Part shown: one piece after another, positions 1-14,179 of the stretch
Layout of the letters: each line of letters opens with the position of its first letter
Numbering within the stretch: the first letter of the stretch is position 1
Origin: Eledone cirrhosa
Lineage: Eukaryota
Direction: 5' to 3'
DNA length: 64,000 nt
Assembly (NCBI GenBank): GCA_964016885.1
Contig: OZ024745.1
Span: forward strand, 108,438,001 to 108,502,000
Notes under the pieces: generated by a model
The model's input: the letters and a program-made list of their open reading frames with translations, nothing else
Told to the model about the DNA's origin: nothing
The model's database searches: none
Made by a program: the position numbers and the translations under genes

Positions 1-323
1 TGCAATATTTAATTTTTTTCATGCTAGCTAGATAACAAAGAAAAGGCTTTGATCCAGGCAAATACAAAACCAACACAGAACATTGTATATAGTTATCAAG
101 GTTAAGAATATAGTTCAGTGCTTTCACAACCCAGTTAATGCCTCTCTTTCTGAAGATGTTAAAATGCTGAGCCCATCCCCTTTTTAACAATTGAGCTAGC
201 AATATTAATATATCTTCTCACTCTGCTAACCACAAGAGTCATTAAAATGTATGCTTGACAGTTTGATGAAAAGGTTTTTCCAGTTTTCTATTATGAAAAG
301 GCATGCATAAATGAAGAACTATA

Positions 324-359
<36 letters not shown>

Positions 360-363
360 TAAA

Positions 364-655
<292 letters not shown>

Positions 656-695
656 ATATATATGTTTGAGTGGGTGTATGTGTATATCTCTCTCT

Positions 696-747
<52 letters not shown>

Positions 748-1220
748 GTGCTGATATGATGATTAGATATAAATATATTAATATAACATCATCATTTTAC
801 ATCTATTTTTCCATGCTTGCATCAGTTGGATAAATTCTTTCCAGTACAGTGTCCCTCCACTTGCTTCTTTTTTGGCCTCAGATTTGCTTTCCTTGGCCTA
901 TTTCAACATCTCTTCCATGGAATTGTATACATCAATGGTTGGCAACTAGGTGTCCAAGAGAAAAGTTTGGTGGTCCACATAAAAAATTTGGACATTATTT
1001 GTAATTTTTATATTTTATTAATAATAAAACAAAAATAATATTCAGTTAAAATATAATTTATGACACCCCTAAAAAATGTTTCTCCTCAGTAAAGAACTAA
1101 CATCCATGAAATAATTTTACACATATGTGTCATCTATTGACAATATGACATACGTACGCTTCAGTATTGTTTAATAAAATGGAAGTTCTCTGATCATTAT
1201 TTTACAAATGTATTACAAAT

Positions 1221-1393
1221 GGCGGTGGATTGGCAGTATCGGTAGAGGGTCGGACGCCATGCTTTCCAGCATAGTTACGTCCCTTTACGATCTGAGTTCA
1301 AATCCCGCCGAGGTTGACTTTGCCTTTCATCCTTACGGGGTCGATAAAATAAAGTACCAGTAATGCACTGGGTAATTGCTAGCCTTGTGCCTA
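1221..1393 (+). mobile_element. tRNA-derived SINE family A
   Basis: A-box-like TGGCAGTATCGG, B-box GAGTTCAAATC, conserved body GCCTTTCATCCTTACGGGGTCGATAAAATAAAGTACCAG; about 20 copies in the window. Confidence 0.9.
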
Positions 1394-1659
1394 TTATTTT
1401 ACAAATGTATTTTTACAAATGTATTATGAATTTAGTGGTTCATGAGGTCTGAAAGGTTGGTGACAGCTAATATATACTGTGTGTCTATAGCAGTGCACAC
1501 TATATATGATTCCTCTTCTACTCAGTTTTTCTCTCAAGTCATCTGTGTTTCGTCATTTGTGCACACTAGCATTACATATCCAATGGACGATATTCAATTT
1601 CTTTCTAACCTTCACAAATCCTCTGCATTCAATTTTTATGCAGCATAATATCTCATACA

Positions 1660-2250
1660 CAGATATCATATAATGTATGCTTTGTTCGGAGAGAGAATAC
1701 CTTTATTGCCATCAGCAGTAGAACCTCCCAGAACTTTTTGACCCTGTTCTTGACCCTGTTCTTATTTTAGTTACAATGCTTCCAGAGCACCCTCCTCCAC
1801 TGTTTATTAAGTCACCTAGGTAACAGAAGCTATCAACTACTTCTATGGAGGCTTCCCCTGATTGGAAAGAATTTATATCACAGATTCTCTTACTGATAGC
1901 TATCCCTGTGTAGCTGCCACAGAAAATATCTTTACTGTTATCTGGCCAGTGATATTGCTACACCTCTTGTGTACCCATAGCTTACAATGGATACATTGAA
2001 ATGCAATTCTTCAAATTTCTTTTTAGCATATTACACATAGTCATTTACTCAATGTCTTTTTTTCAATTTGCTAAATTTACTCTGAAGCCTGCGATTTAGT
2101 TTTTTAATTTAGAAATTCTGTTATAAGTACAACATCATACAGGAGTTCCCATAGATTGCTGATATTAAACTCTTCCTCTGACCTGGAAAACTATAATAAA
2201 CAGGAGTGGGTTTAGAACTGAGCATTGATGGATACCAATCTGCACAGCCA
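1660..2250 (-). mobile_element. Old RTE LINE reverse-transcriptase fragment (decayed)
   Basis: Reverse complement resembles the GVHQ.SVL / WELLY / WVH / FCYLGD region of the 31.5-34.9 kb LINE; many stops and indels. Confidence 0.65.
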
Positions 2251-2779
2251 TAGCAAGGTTAATGTTAGTCTTATTGGACAAGTGTTTATTCAGAGTTACT
2301 TCTCTTCTAGATAGGTTGCCTTGCATTCACTGAACCTTTATAGAGTCCAAATCTCCCCATGTAGCAGTTCAGTTTAGTTCAACTATGCCACCCATGTTAG
2401 TCCATAACATGATTCAAACTGAGAATAATAAAAGCTGAAACAAATATCACAAATCATCTCATCCAATCCCCAAACTTGATTAATACTTTATTTTATCAAC
2501 CCACAAAGGATGAAAGGTCAAGTTAACGATTCCTTGCGTGGCATCTCAGCATGGCTGCAGTGTAATGACTGAAACAAGTAAAAAAGTAAAAGAGTATATA
2601 TATTCTCTACAAATTTGTATTGAGTACTCATTTAAAACTGGTCTCTCTTAATCTTATAGTAAGAAATACCAAGAAAACACACACATATACATGTGTGTAC
2701 GCATGCATGCTTGTATGCATTTGTGTATATATGTGTGTGTTTTTCTTTACATATTTTATGTGTAAGTATATATATATAT

Positions 2780-2933
2780 AGATATTTATCTGAGTATCTG
2801 TATATGCATGGATGCATTGGGTATGTATATATCTGTTTGTCTGTATATATAAATTTGTATATGCATGTAAGTGAATACACACATACACACACACATATAT
2901 ATATAGACACATGTATGTACGTATGTTTGTATG

Positions 2934-3014
<81 letters not shown>

Positions 3015-3136
3015 TCACTTACATGCATATATAAATTTATATATAGCCAGACAGATATATACATGCCTAATGCATCCATACATATATAGATACTCAGATA
3101 AATATATATACATACATACAAACATACCTACACACA

Positions 3137-3140
<4 letters not shown>
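2780..3140. repeat. Inverted duplication flanking (TA)n
   Basis: 2780-2905 (TTTATCTGAGTATCT...GCATGTAAGTGAATACAC) recurs inverted at about 2996-3110; 2908-2940 recurs inverted at about 3110-3140. Confidence 0.8.
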
Positions 3141-3211
<71 letters not shown>

Positions 3212-3287
3212 GTATATATATACATGTATATATATACATGTATATATATATATATATATACACATGTATATATATACATGTATATAT

Positions 3288-3368
<81 letters not shown>

Positions 3369-4232
3369 CACATGTATATATATACATGTATATATATCCA
3401 TATAAATATATATATATATATGGATGCATATATATATATATATGGATGGATGGATGGATTGCTAGATTTATAGATGGGTGGCTAGTTGAATGGATTATCC
3501 AGTAAAGGCATTTGTTCAATCAGTACTAAATGACAACACGATGTTACCAAAGTTAGCTAAACAAAAACTTCAATTGTAAACCAATGACAGCTTTCCAAAA
3601 ACCACAGCACCAACCATTGCAATTTCAATCAAATCTTTCTTGATTTGCATCAGTTTATTGGACGTATTTGTGGTGTTGGTGGTGGTGTTGGTGTAGTGTC
3701 AATAACAACCAAACAAGTTTGATCTAGTGATAGTGGTTGCCCAACCATTTATCAATTGTCAAAGCTTACAGTTACGACGTGGTTGATTCAGTATGAACAT
3801 AGACATCTGACTATATTACATGTTTCTCGTGCTTGATTTTGATTTTCTACAAGACAAGCTATTTTATGTTTGAAATTGAATCTGGCCATGCAGTTTGAGA
3901 GTGATTCTTATCTTTGGTAAACACTGTGACTTTTGTATTGAAAGAACTTTTAGAAATTGACTATAATCGCTGACCTGAGAGTTCTTCAGAATTGTCTGTT
4001 GAAACTGTCCTCATCGATAGCAAGAGCTGCTCAGAGACTATTGTCACTTATACATAAAATAATAATAATGAAAATTATTGTGTACAGTGCTCAGGTGCAC
4101 ATGTTAGGAAAGTGAACAGTGTATGAGTCATGATATACACACAGATACATGCGTGTGGTGGTGGTGGTGATTAGAAATAGGGGAGTATGTAATATATGGT
4201 ATTATGCTGCAAATTTTTTCCCCACCTAGTTT

Positions 4233-4626
4233 TTTCATTTCATTTTGATTTCATTTTACGTCCGCTTTTTCCTGCTTGCAAGGGTGGGACGGGAACTGAT
4301 TCTGGCTTGATTTCTACAGATGGATGTCCTTCCAAACACCAACCTCATTTACAGTGAGTGCTGGGTGTTTTTTTTTCGTGGTGCCTACACATGAACTTTA
4401 CAGTGTGGGCTGGGTGCTTTTTTGCCGTGACACCTCCACGACCACTCTACAGTCGAATGATATGGACCCCAGTCCCTATCATCTCATTTCTACAGCTGAG
4501 TAAACTGGAGCAATGTGAAATAAAATGTTTTGCTCAAGGAAACAACACATTACCCGGTCTGAGAATTGAACTCATAATCTTTCGATTGCAAGGCCAATAC
4601 TCTAACCACTAAGCCATGTGCCTCCT
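4233..4626 (-). mobile_element. SINE family B (tRNA head + CORE + VNTR body + RTE-type tail)
   Basis: Head GGAGGCACATGGCTTAGTGGTTAGAG..GAGTTCAATTC, CORE-like CCTTGAGCAA.ACA.TTTATTTCAC..CTCCAGTTTACTCAGCTGTAGAAATG, tail GCAAGCAGG.AAAAGCGGACGTAAAATG. Confidence 0.9.
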
Positions 4627-5062
4627 TTTATTAAGATAAAATGCAAAAATGTAATAAAGCTTTACTATTTAGTAACAATACAATACTAATATACAACATT
4701 GAATCAAAGCTCTCCGACCAAGCTGAAAAGAAAGTACACCAGTATTTTAGTAAATAATACATTTCATATATTATTTATAATTGGGCACTGTCCTCTTTAA
4801 GATAATCCCCTGGGAATGTGCACAGCAATTCCAATAGCCTTTCACACCTCAAAAACACTGTTGGAAATCTTTTTCCTAAAGGCCACTTAATACAGCTGGC
4901 ATTACCGTTTAAATTTCCCCAGTCACCCCAAAGTGGCATCCTGTATGCTTTAGTTACTTTTAAGGAAACATGACATATTCACAGAGGTTGGACTGATAAG
5001 AAGACAAATACCATACCTCATGTTCAGATTTTTATGAGAATCTCCTGGTAGACACTGTAACT

Positions 5063-5380
5063 CAGAGATTCTCAAACTTTTTGAGCCACTGCCCCCCTCA
5101 CGGCCACATAATATCCTCAACGCCCCATCCCTATTTCCAGAAGGACCTGCCTATATGCAAATTGTAAATAATATATAATAAAATCGTTAATTTATATATA
5201 ATAGTATAATGTATAAATAAATATTATATATTTTTTATTTTACTATATTTATATATAATATATACCATTTGATATTTAAAATACTATTATATCATCTGTA
5301 ACATCCCCTTGGGCCCCAGTGCCACCTGGACCTTCTCAACATCCCCTAGGGGGTGGTAACATCCACTTTGAGAACTTCTG
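5063..5380. mobile_element. hAT (Charlie-like) MITE
   Basis: Termini CAGAGATTCTCAAA / TTTGAGAACTTCTG; perfect 8-bp TSD CTGTAACT at 5055-5062 and 5381-5388. Confidence 0.85.
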
Positions 5381-5768
5381 CTGTAACTGTTTCCACTCAT
5401 GTTTAAGTCTAACTGGATTGTTACACTTATACATGATGCTGAGTTGGGGTCAATTCATAAAAGAATGAGCACTATCTTCATAATGCCATGAATTCTTTTA
5501 TTCTAGCTGAAGTTGTGTGGATTCTCATAAAAACGACTCTGATCTCAGATTCTAATGTCATAGACACACAACTGTCAACCATCCTTGTGTCATTTACAAA
5601 TTTCAATGCATCCTCATCAACAAGTAGAAACAATGTATTTTCTTCACATATCTGCCTTTTCGGAGTTTGGCATAACTTCAAGTTTACCTTGAGGTCACCT
5701 TAACAAACTGATTTTATACTTATTCACACTGAAGCATTGAGCGGTTGCTCTAATACCATGCTCAACGA

Positions 5769-6020
5769 CATCATCATCATCATCTTTGTCGTTTAACGTC
5801 TATCTTCCACGCTTGCATGGGTTTGGATGGGAATTTTCCCACTTGAGGCAAGATTGGTTGTCTTGCTCGTATAGGACTGTCTGGCGGGTTTTCTACGGCT
5901 GGATGCCCTTCCTAACACCAACCACATTTACAGTGTGGACTGGAAGGTTTTTACCGTGTTACCTACACGGCCACATTACAGCGTGGACTGTGTGTTTTTT
6001 TGTTGTGACACCTACACAAC
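5769..6020 (-). mobile_element. 5'-truncated RTE 3' UTR copy (family 2)
   Basis: Matches the 3' UTR of the RTE fragment at 35219-36207; (GAT)n tail. Confidence 0.8.
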
Positions 6021-6045
6021 CTATATTTTATTATTTCTAAATCAG

Positions 6046-6233
6046 GCGGTGGATTGGCAGTATCGGTAGAGGGTCGGACGCCATGCTTTGATGCATAGAG
6101 TTACGGCCCTTGCCATTCTGAGTTCAAATCCCGCCGAGGTTTACTTTACCTTTCATCCTTACGGGGTCGATAAAATAAAGTACCAGTAATGCACTGGGTA
6201 ATTGCTGGCCTTGTGCCAAAAGTAGAAACAATT
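6046..6233 (+). mobile_element. SINE family A with 16-bp TSD
   Basis: ATTATTTCTAAATCAG at 6030-6045 and 6231-6246. Confidence 0.92.
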
Positions 6234-7216
6234 ATTTCTAAATCAGCAGCTAAAGAATAGTTCATATGTTTGGTGAGCAGCATATTAGTTGTAAGCATAC
6301 TAGAAAAGAAATAAACATTTTCAGTTAGCTATCATTATTCACAGATAATTCTAATAAACAATATAGATAATTTTCATTATTCATAAATATATTTTATATA
6401 TTTGGATTAGAGAAAATTATCTTCTCTTGAAGATAGTTGCACAGCACTGCATATTATACATGCTTTCATGGGTTTTTAAGATAATTTAGGACCCCAAATC
6501 AAGATGTGAATAAACAAGATAGCATATTACACATGACAGTGCATGATATACAAAATTTTATGGTAATCTGCTAAAGCAGAATATATGCTCTAACTACATA
6601 ATAGTGAAATAAAGTGGTGAGAATTATTATAGATTATGGAATTGTCCAGAAATGGATTGAAATTGCTTGAGTCAAAGAACTAAGAAATTCATTTCTAGCT
6701 TGGAATGTTGTGGAGTGTTTGTTAGATTATAGTATATAATAAAATAGTAAAGGAATATTACATATTTATATATTTGTATAAGTTTATTCATTTTCAATCT
6801 TTTTCTTTCTTTTTTTCTCCTATGTCTTTATTTTTCTTTAGATTATTTTTTCCTTCTTATTTTCTGTTTTTGAAATTATTCCAAGAAGAAATTATAGAGA
6901 TTAATATATATATGTGTGTGTGTTACTGTTATCTATTTTGCTTTTCCTTTTCTTTTCTATTCCTCTTCCTTAATATCTTAAATATTTCATTCTCTCTTCC
7001 TACCCATATATGTGTGTATATATATATATATGCATATACACATCTATATACACACACACACACACATATACATATATATATGTATTCAATTTTCCTCTCT
7101 CTGTCTCATTATTTTGATGTGCTTAACATTTTGGTTTTAGTGTCTACTTTATGTTTCTGATAGAACAACAAGAATAATGACAAAAATGCAACAACAAAAA
7201 CAAACTAGTAATAATA

Positions 7217-7267
<51 letters not shown>

Positions 7268-7307
7268 GTAATAATAACAACAACAATGGCGGACAAAGAC
7301 ATCTTAC

Positions 7308-7378
7308 CATGTCAGGGAGGACAAACTTATGTATTAGTGCCAAACAAGTTCTTGGGAGAATTTATCGGTCACTCATTT
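7308..7378 (-). other. Putative 71-nt exon ending in a start codon (5' UTR exon + ATG)
   Basis: Minus strand: long T-rich tract, then TATCCACAG|AAATGAG...CCTGACATG|GTAAGA; unique sequence; stops in all three frames before the terminal ATG. Confidence 0.45.
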
Positions 7379-7765
7379 CTGTGGATAGCAAAAATAAATT
7401 TAAAAAATATAAAAATGCAACAAAAACATACAAAAAACAAAATAAAACAAAGAATGAAATAAAATAAATATATGTGATAGAGGCACCGGCTTGACTAGTG
7501 GGTTTTTACAAGTCATTTCTTTATTGAATGAGAACAATACTGTCTTTCAATGACAATAAAATATTATATTATTTTGGCAGGCAAAGCAGAAGACGAATCG
7601 GCAGTATAGTCATGAAATTAATAAGAAAAATAGGCAACATCCTTTTGGTGGTTGGCATTAGTTTTCTAAAGAAATAAGTCTATCCATTCATCCCAGCTTC
7701 TTGTCATATATATATATATATATATATGTATGTAAAAGGTAAATAGAAATAGCAAATTTAACAAA

Positions 7766-7971
7766 ACAAATGGCACAGTACAAGGAAGACTTATATTAGT
7801 TTAACGCTTGAAATAGCTGTAAGAGAGTCTTAACGTTTCGGACACTAGTCTTTCACTGGAAGATAGATTTAGAAATAGAAAGTAAATAGTGATAAGAGAA
7901 AGGAAGGGGAAAGTGAGAAGTAAAATATGGAGAAAAAAATACATGTGCATATTCAGTCGGCCATCTTGGAG
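7766..7971 (-). mobile_element. Penelope-like repeat with degenerate hammerhead core
   Basis: Homologous to 38906-39123 and 30800-30885; minus strand CCAGTGA-AAGACTAGTGTCC-GAAACGTTAAGA. Confidence 0.55.
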
Positions 7972-8419
7972 AGTGGTCAAATGGTATCTTAGGCATCAGA
8001 GAGATTTAGGAAGGGAACTAATCAATGTATAGTATGTATGCTTGTGTGTGCATGCATGAAGATGTGTTCATATGTTTGAAGGAGAAGCCGTGAACCATAA
8101 CAAGCTGGCTGCTGAAAGAGTAACAAGCTGGATGAAATAAAGGGGTGTATAGGAATCTCTATGAATTTCTACATAAATGTACATAAACCCACACATAGCA
8201 GCAACTGAGAGGGTTTGTGAAGTGAAAATAGTAGTCAACGGTATATTTCATTACCTGGTATGGTTGTAAGAGAAGTTGCATAACTTTGCATATAACGATA
8301 GAGTGCTACAATTATAAATGGTTAAGGTGCAATGTGTAAGGTTATTATGCACATTGATGGAGTCAGGAAGGGGTGGGGATGGAGTAAAGGTTAGGAATCA
8401 TTCATATATGTATATATAT

Positions 8420-8687
8420 ATCACCTTGACCGACCAGTCTGTCGGGCGTCCATTTGGCGTCGCTGGTCACAGCACGTCGTGCTGTTTTAGCCATAAGATA
8501 ATGCCATCACACTGGCTGGGCGGGCAGGCTGGTACCTCCTCATCTCATTTCTACAGCTGAGTAAACTGGAGCAACGTGAAATAAAGTGTCTTGCTCAAGG
8601 AAACAACACATCACCCGGTCCGAGAATTGAACTCACAACCTTTTGATTGCAAGCCCAATGCTCTAACCCACTAAGCCATGTGCCTTC

Positions 8688-8688
<1 letters not shown>
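8420..8688 (-). mobile_element. tRNA-CORE SINE with an alternative 3' tail
   Basis: Same head and CORE as family B, unrelated GC-rich 3' half ending ...GGTCGGTCAAGGTGAT(AT)n. Confidence 0.8.
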
Positions 8689-8724
<36 letters not shown>

Positions 8725-8730
<6 letters not shown>

Positions 8731-9063
8731 CATCATCATCATTTTACGTCCGCTTTTCCCTGCTTGCAAGGGTGGGACGGGAGCTGTGGCTTGATTTCTA
8801 CAGCTGGATGCCCTTCCTAACACCAACCTCATTTTTACAGTGTGGGCTGGGTGCTTTTTTGCCTTGGCACCTCCACGACCACTTTACAGTGGAATGATAT
8901 GGACCCCAGTCCCTATCATCTCATTTCTACAGCTGAGTAAACTGGAGCAATGTGAAATAAAGTGTCTTGCTCAAGGAAACAACACATCACCCGGTCTGAG
9001 AATTGAACTCACAACCTTTCGATTGCAAGGCCAATGCTCTAACCACTAAGCCATGTGCCTCCA
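8725..9063 (-). mobile_element. SINE family B
   Basis: Full head to (GAT)n tail, embedded in (TA)n. Confidence 0.9.
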
Positions 9064-9129
9064 TTTATATATATATATACACACTGAAACACCTATGATT
9101 CATCTCCTGTTATTACTTTATCCAAGAAA

Positions 9130-9280
9130 TTTGGCTCAATTTTGAGTCTTTCTAGCAAATCCTGACAGTTTCCAATCAGTTCACTTTTTGCATCACACAG
9201 CATGCTTGGGCACTTGTTTTGCGCAAATTTTCCACAGGTGTAAGTAGTCTGTTAAAATTCTGTTCATTGCATTTTTATCC
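9130..9280 (-). mobile_element. Possible decayed mariner transposase fragment
   Basis: Reverse complement gives KICAKQVPK, resembling the mariner K.CARWVP motif; heavily degraded. Confidence 0.3.
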
Positions 9281-9631
9281 AAGCCTGTTATATGGAGCCC
9301 AAAACATAACTGGGTTGTGAACCCATAATCTGAAATACTTTGCCAGGTGGTGTTATTAAGTTAACCTGGCCTGGTCAATACTGGCCGAAACTTATCAAAG
9401 TTATACATAGGACCGCGACGGCTGAGCTCTTGCCATTTCAACAGCTAGTTCCAGACTGAATCACAGATGCGTTGGCGGTGGAAAAAACTGTTTCATCAGG
9501 AGGTATCAATTAGTCCAAATAAGGGCATACATAATTTATCCAATTGTAAAGAATGTTTACTCTGGTGAATAATGGTCTAACCAGTTTCTTACTGTATCCA
9601 TCTTGGTTTATATATATATATATATATATAT

Positions 9632-9980
9632 ATGCAGTAATACAGAAGACTCGACTTCCCATGGGTACAAGCCGAAGCTGAAGCATATAGCCGGTATGTA
9701 CCCTCTCCCACTGTAATGTGGTCATGTAGGTGTCATGACAAAAAGCACCCCGTCCACACTGTAAAGTGGATGTGCAGGCGCCATCTTAAAAAAGCATGCA
9801 GTACTCACTGTAAATGAGGTTGGTGTTAGGAAGGGCATCCAACTATCGAATTCAAGCTAAAATCAGTTCCATATGCGCAAGGCATGGTCACCTGACCTGG
9901 CATTGCCCACAACAGGATAACCCGTCTAACCGATGCTAGCGTGGAAGAATGGACGTAAAATGGTGATGATGATGACGATA
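9632..9980 (+). mobile_element. 5'-truncated RTE 3' end (family 1)
   Basis: Homologous to the 3' end of the 31484-34858 LINE; ends GGACGTAAAATGGTGATGATG. Confidence 0.8.
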
Positions 9981-10416
9981 TAGATATGTATATATATATA
10001 TATATATACATATACATTATATACATAACTCTTAAATTGGTTGGCATTATACAGGGTGGAGAGTTTTGATGTTTGAACAATTGTTTATATACACGGATAC
10101 TTTTTTGTATACAATACTTACAATTCTAACTAGCACAAGATGAAGCTAAAACTGTCATCAGTCAGGCAAACTAATGCAAATGGTGAGAAGCACGACAGAG
10201 TTGGTGTATTGAGATATAGCCTTAAATCTATATGATATATACACACATATACACACACACATATATATATATATATACATATATATGCAAGCAGGGAAAA
10301 GCGGACGTAAAATGATGATGATGATGATGATGATACACATATATACACATATATACACATATATACATATACATATATATAATAAATACATAATATATAC
10401 ATAGACACACACACAC

Positions 10417-10458
<42 letters not shown>

Positions 10459-10795
10459 TACAGATTTATGTGCATATAAATGTATATATATATATATACA
10501 TGTGCATAGACGTCCAACATGCACATATGAATTAACTTCATTGCTTGTTTAACTGAAGAGCGGATGGGTGGGTGGGCAATGTTTACACATTAAATATAGA
10601 TGTCATTACACTGCGGAGATGTGGATTTAAATTCTATTAGATTCTCACATTCTGTTGTTTTTTTTTGTTTTTTCTTTATATGAATTCATTTTATATGCCA
10701 CTTTACATCTTTGTTTAAAATATATACATACATGTATATTTGCACAGGTGCATATAGACATCACACATACACACACACAGACCTCCCTCCCCCAT

Positions 10796-11560
<765 letters not shown>

Positions 11561-12494
11561 TAAATATACAAATGTATTTCCATGCTCAATGATACTAGTT
11601 ATTCTATCATAATTAGATCTAGTTTATTTCCAAAATTGAAGTAGCTAATTCTCAATATTTTATTTCAACAAACATAGGAACACTTTTCTACAGATCAAAG
11701 TAACTCTAGTCTGTTCATGTTCATTCTATTTCTCTTTATTTATTTATTTATTTATTTATTAAAAAGTTATTATAATCTATATATATATACACACACACAC
11801 ACACATACATATATATATATGTGTGTATGTCTGTGTGTGTGTTTGTGTATCTACCAACGTGATGCATGCAAATACCTACAAATACACACCAGGGCAATGT
11901 GTGTATGTGTGTGTATGTGGAGTTGTGCTGATGAAATCAATGCTACTCTATTGCATGATGTATCACATTCAATATTCCTGTATTGACGACTAATTGCAAA
12001 AAAAAAATTAATGCATAAAAAAGTAAAAAAAAAAAAAAGAAAAAAAAAAGGAAAAAAAGAAAGAAAAAAAAAAGAAAAAGAAGAAGAAAAAAACATTATC
12101 AAACTCTGATAAAATCTATAAAGAATTAAGTGTTAGATTTTTTTTCATTTTTTTTTTTTTCATTTTTTACTTAAACTATTTTTCTCTTTCTTCATCAGCT
12201 TTTGAATTGAATGCATAAAGGCAAAGAGTGCAAAATGAACTATTTGTAACTACTGTTCTACCTAACACGAAGGACCAGATTCTCATGTCTTCTGTTGTTT
12301 TGTGTGTTGTTTTGTTGATATATATAAATAATGGTCACAAACTGCCTTGATTTCATATGAAAAGGATTAGAAAAAAAACAAAACAACAAAAAGAATTGTC
12401 TTCAAATTTAGCTTTCCATAACTTGTATTATCAATCATTATGGTCCATTTCATTACAAGTCCTTTTCTTGTGTGTATGTGTATCTATCTATTTA

Positions 12495-12529
<35 letters not shown>

Positions 12530-12534
12530 ATCTT

Positions 12535-12578
<44 letters not shown>

Positions 12579-13069
12579 ATGTATGTGTGTATGCAGATAT
12601 AAGTAATAAGTAATGCTAAGACGTAATAAAACACAGTATACATAGAATTCTGAATTTTAAGATGTTATTTTTATATTTTTATCAACAAATCAAGACACTT
12701 TGTGACCAAATACGTAAAAATACATGTCAGTATGTATGTATATACATACACATACATGCATGCATACATACACATACATACACACATACATATATATACA
12801 TACATACACATACATACATATACATACATGCATTTAAAAATGAACTCATCATTATATATACACACTACACACACATTACTAGCAATTGTACAAATTTGAC
12901 TATGTAGCTTCCCTTTTCATTGTATTTACCTCTCATGATCAGATCTTTCAATCATTCTTCAGTCCCCTTAACATGTTTCATCCAAGTTCTACAATTGCTC
13001 AATGGTTCTAGTAATTTCAAGTAAAAGATAATCAGTAGTTAAAAGATATATATTTTTTTTAACATAGGC

Positions 13070-13279
13070 TTAACCCTTTAGCATTTACATCATTATATAT
13101 TTACTATTATATTTTCATGAAAATTATCTCACATAATATCGAATCTATGAGATTTTGATATTATTTAATTTGAGAAAAATACCTTAATATCAGTATGAGC
13201 AGCTGGTTACAGCCAGTTTGAACTGAAGAGGTGAGAGAATTTTGGCCGGATACAGCCAATTTAAATGCTAAAGGCTTAA
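13070..13279. mobile_element. piggyBac-type MITE (TTAA target)
   Basis: TTAA-CCCTTTAGCATTTA ... TAAATGCTAAAGGC-TTAA; six complete homologous copies in the window. Confidence 0.85.
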
Positions 13280-13344
13280 AGTGAGAAATATTTGACCAGA
13301 GCATAGTTGATTAAATCAAACTTAATATTTTAGTGACCCTGAAA

Positions 13345-13530
13345 TAATTGTTTCTACTTTAGGCACAAGGCCAGCAATTACCCAGTGCATTACTGGTACT
13401 TTATTTTATCGACCCCGTAAGGATGAAAGGCAAAGTCAACCTCGGCGGGATTTGAACTCAGATCGTAAAGGGATGTAACTATGCTGGAAAGCATGGCTTC
13501 CGACCCTCTACCAATACTGACAATCCACTG
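13345..13530 (-). mobile_element. SINE family A
   Basis: Reverse complement of the family A consensus; an older plus-strand copy follows at about 13620-13840. Confidence 0.88.
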
Positions 13531-14179
13531 AAATAATGAAAAGTATATTCTGCGCACAAAAGTTTCACTCAAAACATAGAGCAATTCAATTAAATATTGT
13601 GAATCCTTATATCCAGCATCAAGGTGGTGGTTTGACAGTATCAGTAGAGCATCAAATAAAATTCTTTGTGGTATTTAGTTACAACTTGCTATGTTCTGAG
13701 TTTAAATCCCATCAAGTTTAGCTTTACCTTTCGTCCTTATGGGGGTCGATAAAATAAAGTACCAGTAATAAACTGATATTGATTTACTCGACTTTCCCCT
13801 CCTCACAAAATTGTTGATCTTGTGCCTAAATAAGAAACCATTTTTTCTAGCATCCTCCTACTGATTCTGCCATCCTCTACACTTTATGATTCCTATCTTT
13901 AGCAGAAGAGACACAGTTGATTTCATGCCACACTAGTATAGAACTTGTGCTTTTATTGAAGCCAAAATGTTGAAAAATGAAGTTAACATCAGCAATATTT
14001 AAGCAAAGGTATTTTGTCTGTCAGTCACTTTCTTTGAGGGGAGTAATATCTTAAATTTGTGCTTTAGTTTTGGTAGCATTGTATCCTAGACATTGGGTGA
14101 TGGATTGCCAGAATCTTTAAAGTATTGGACAAAATACTTTGTCAAAACAGCATGATGTATTCAAGACTTGTGTCATCCA

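Noticed and set aside
4740-5760. Possible mariner transposase relic around the hAT MITE
   Set aside because: Only faint motif resemblance; no TIRs or catalytic motifs could be read with confidence
7287-7457. Plus-strand ATGGCGGAC start (MADKDILPC...)
   Set aside because: Short, no good donor, no recognisable homology; minus-strand splice signals explain the segment better
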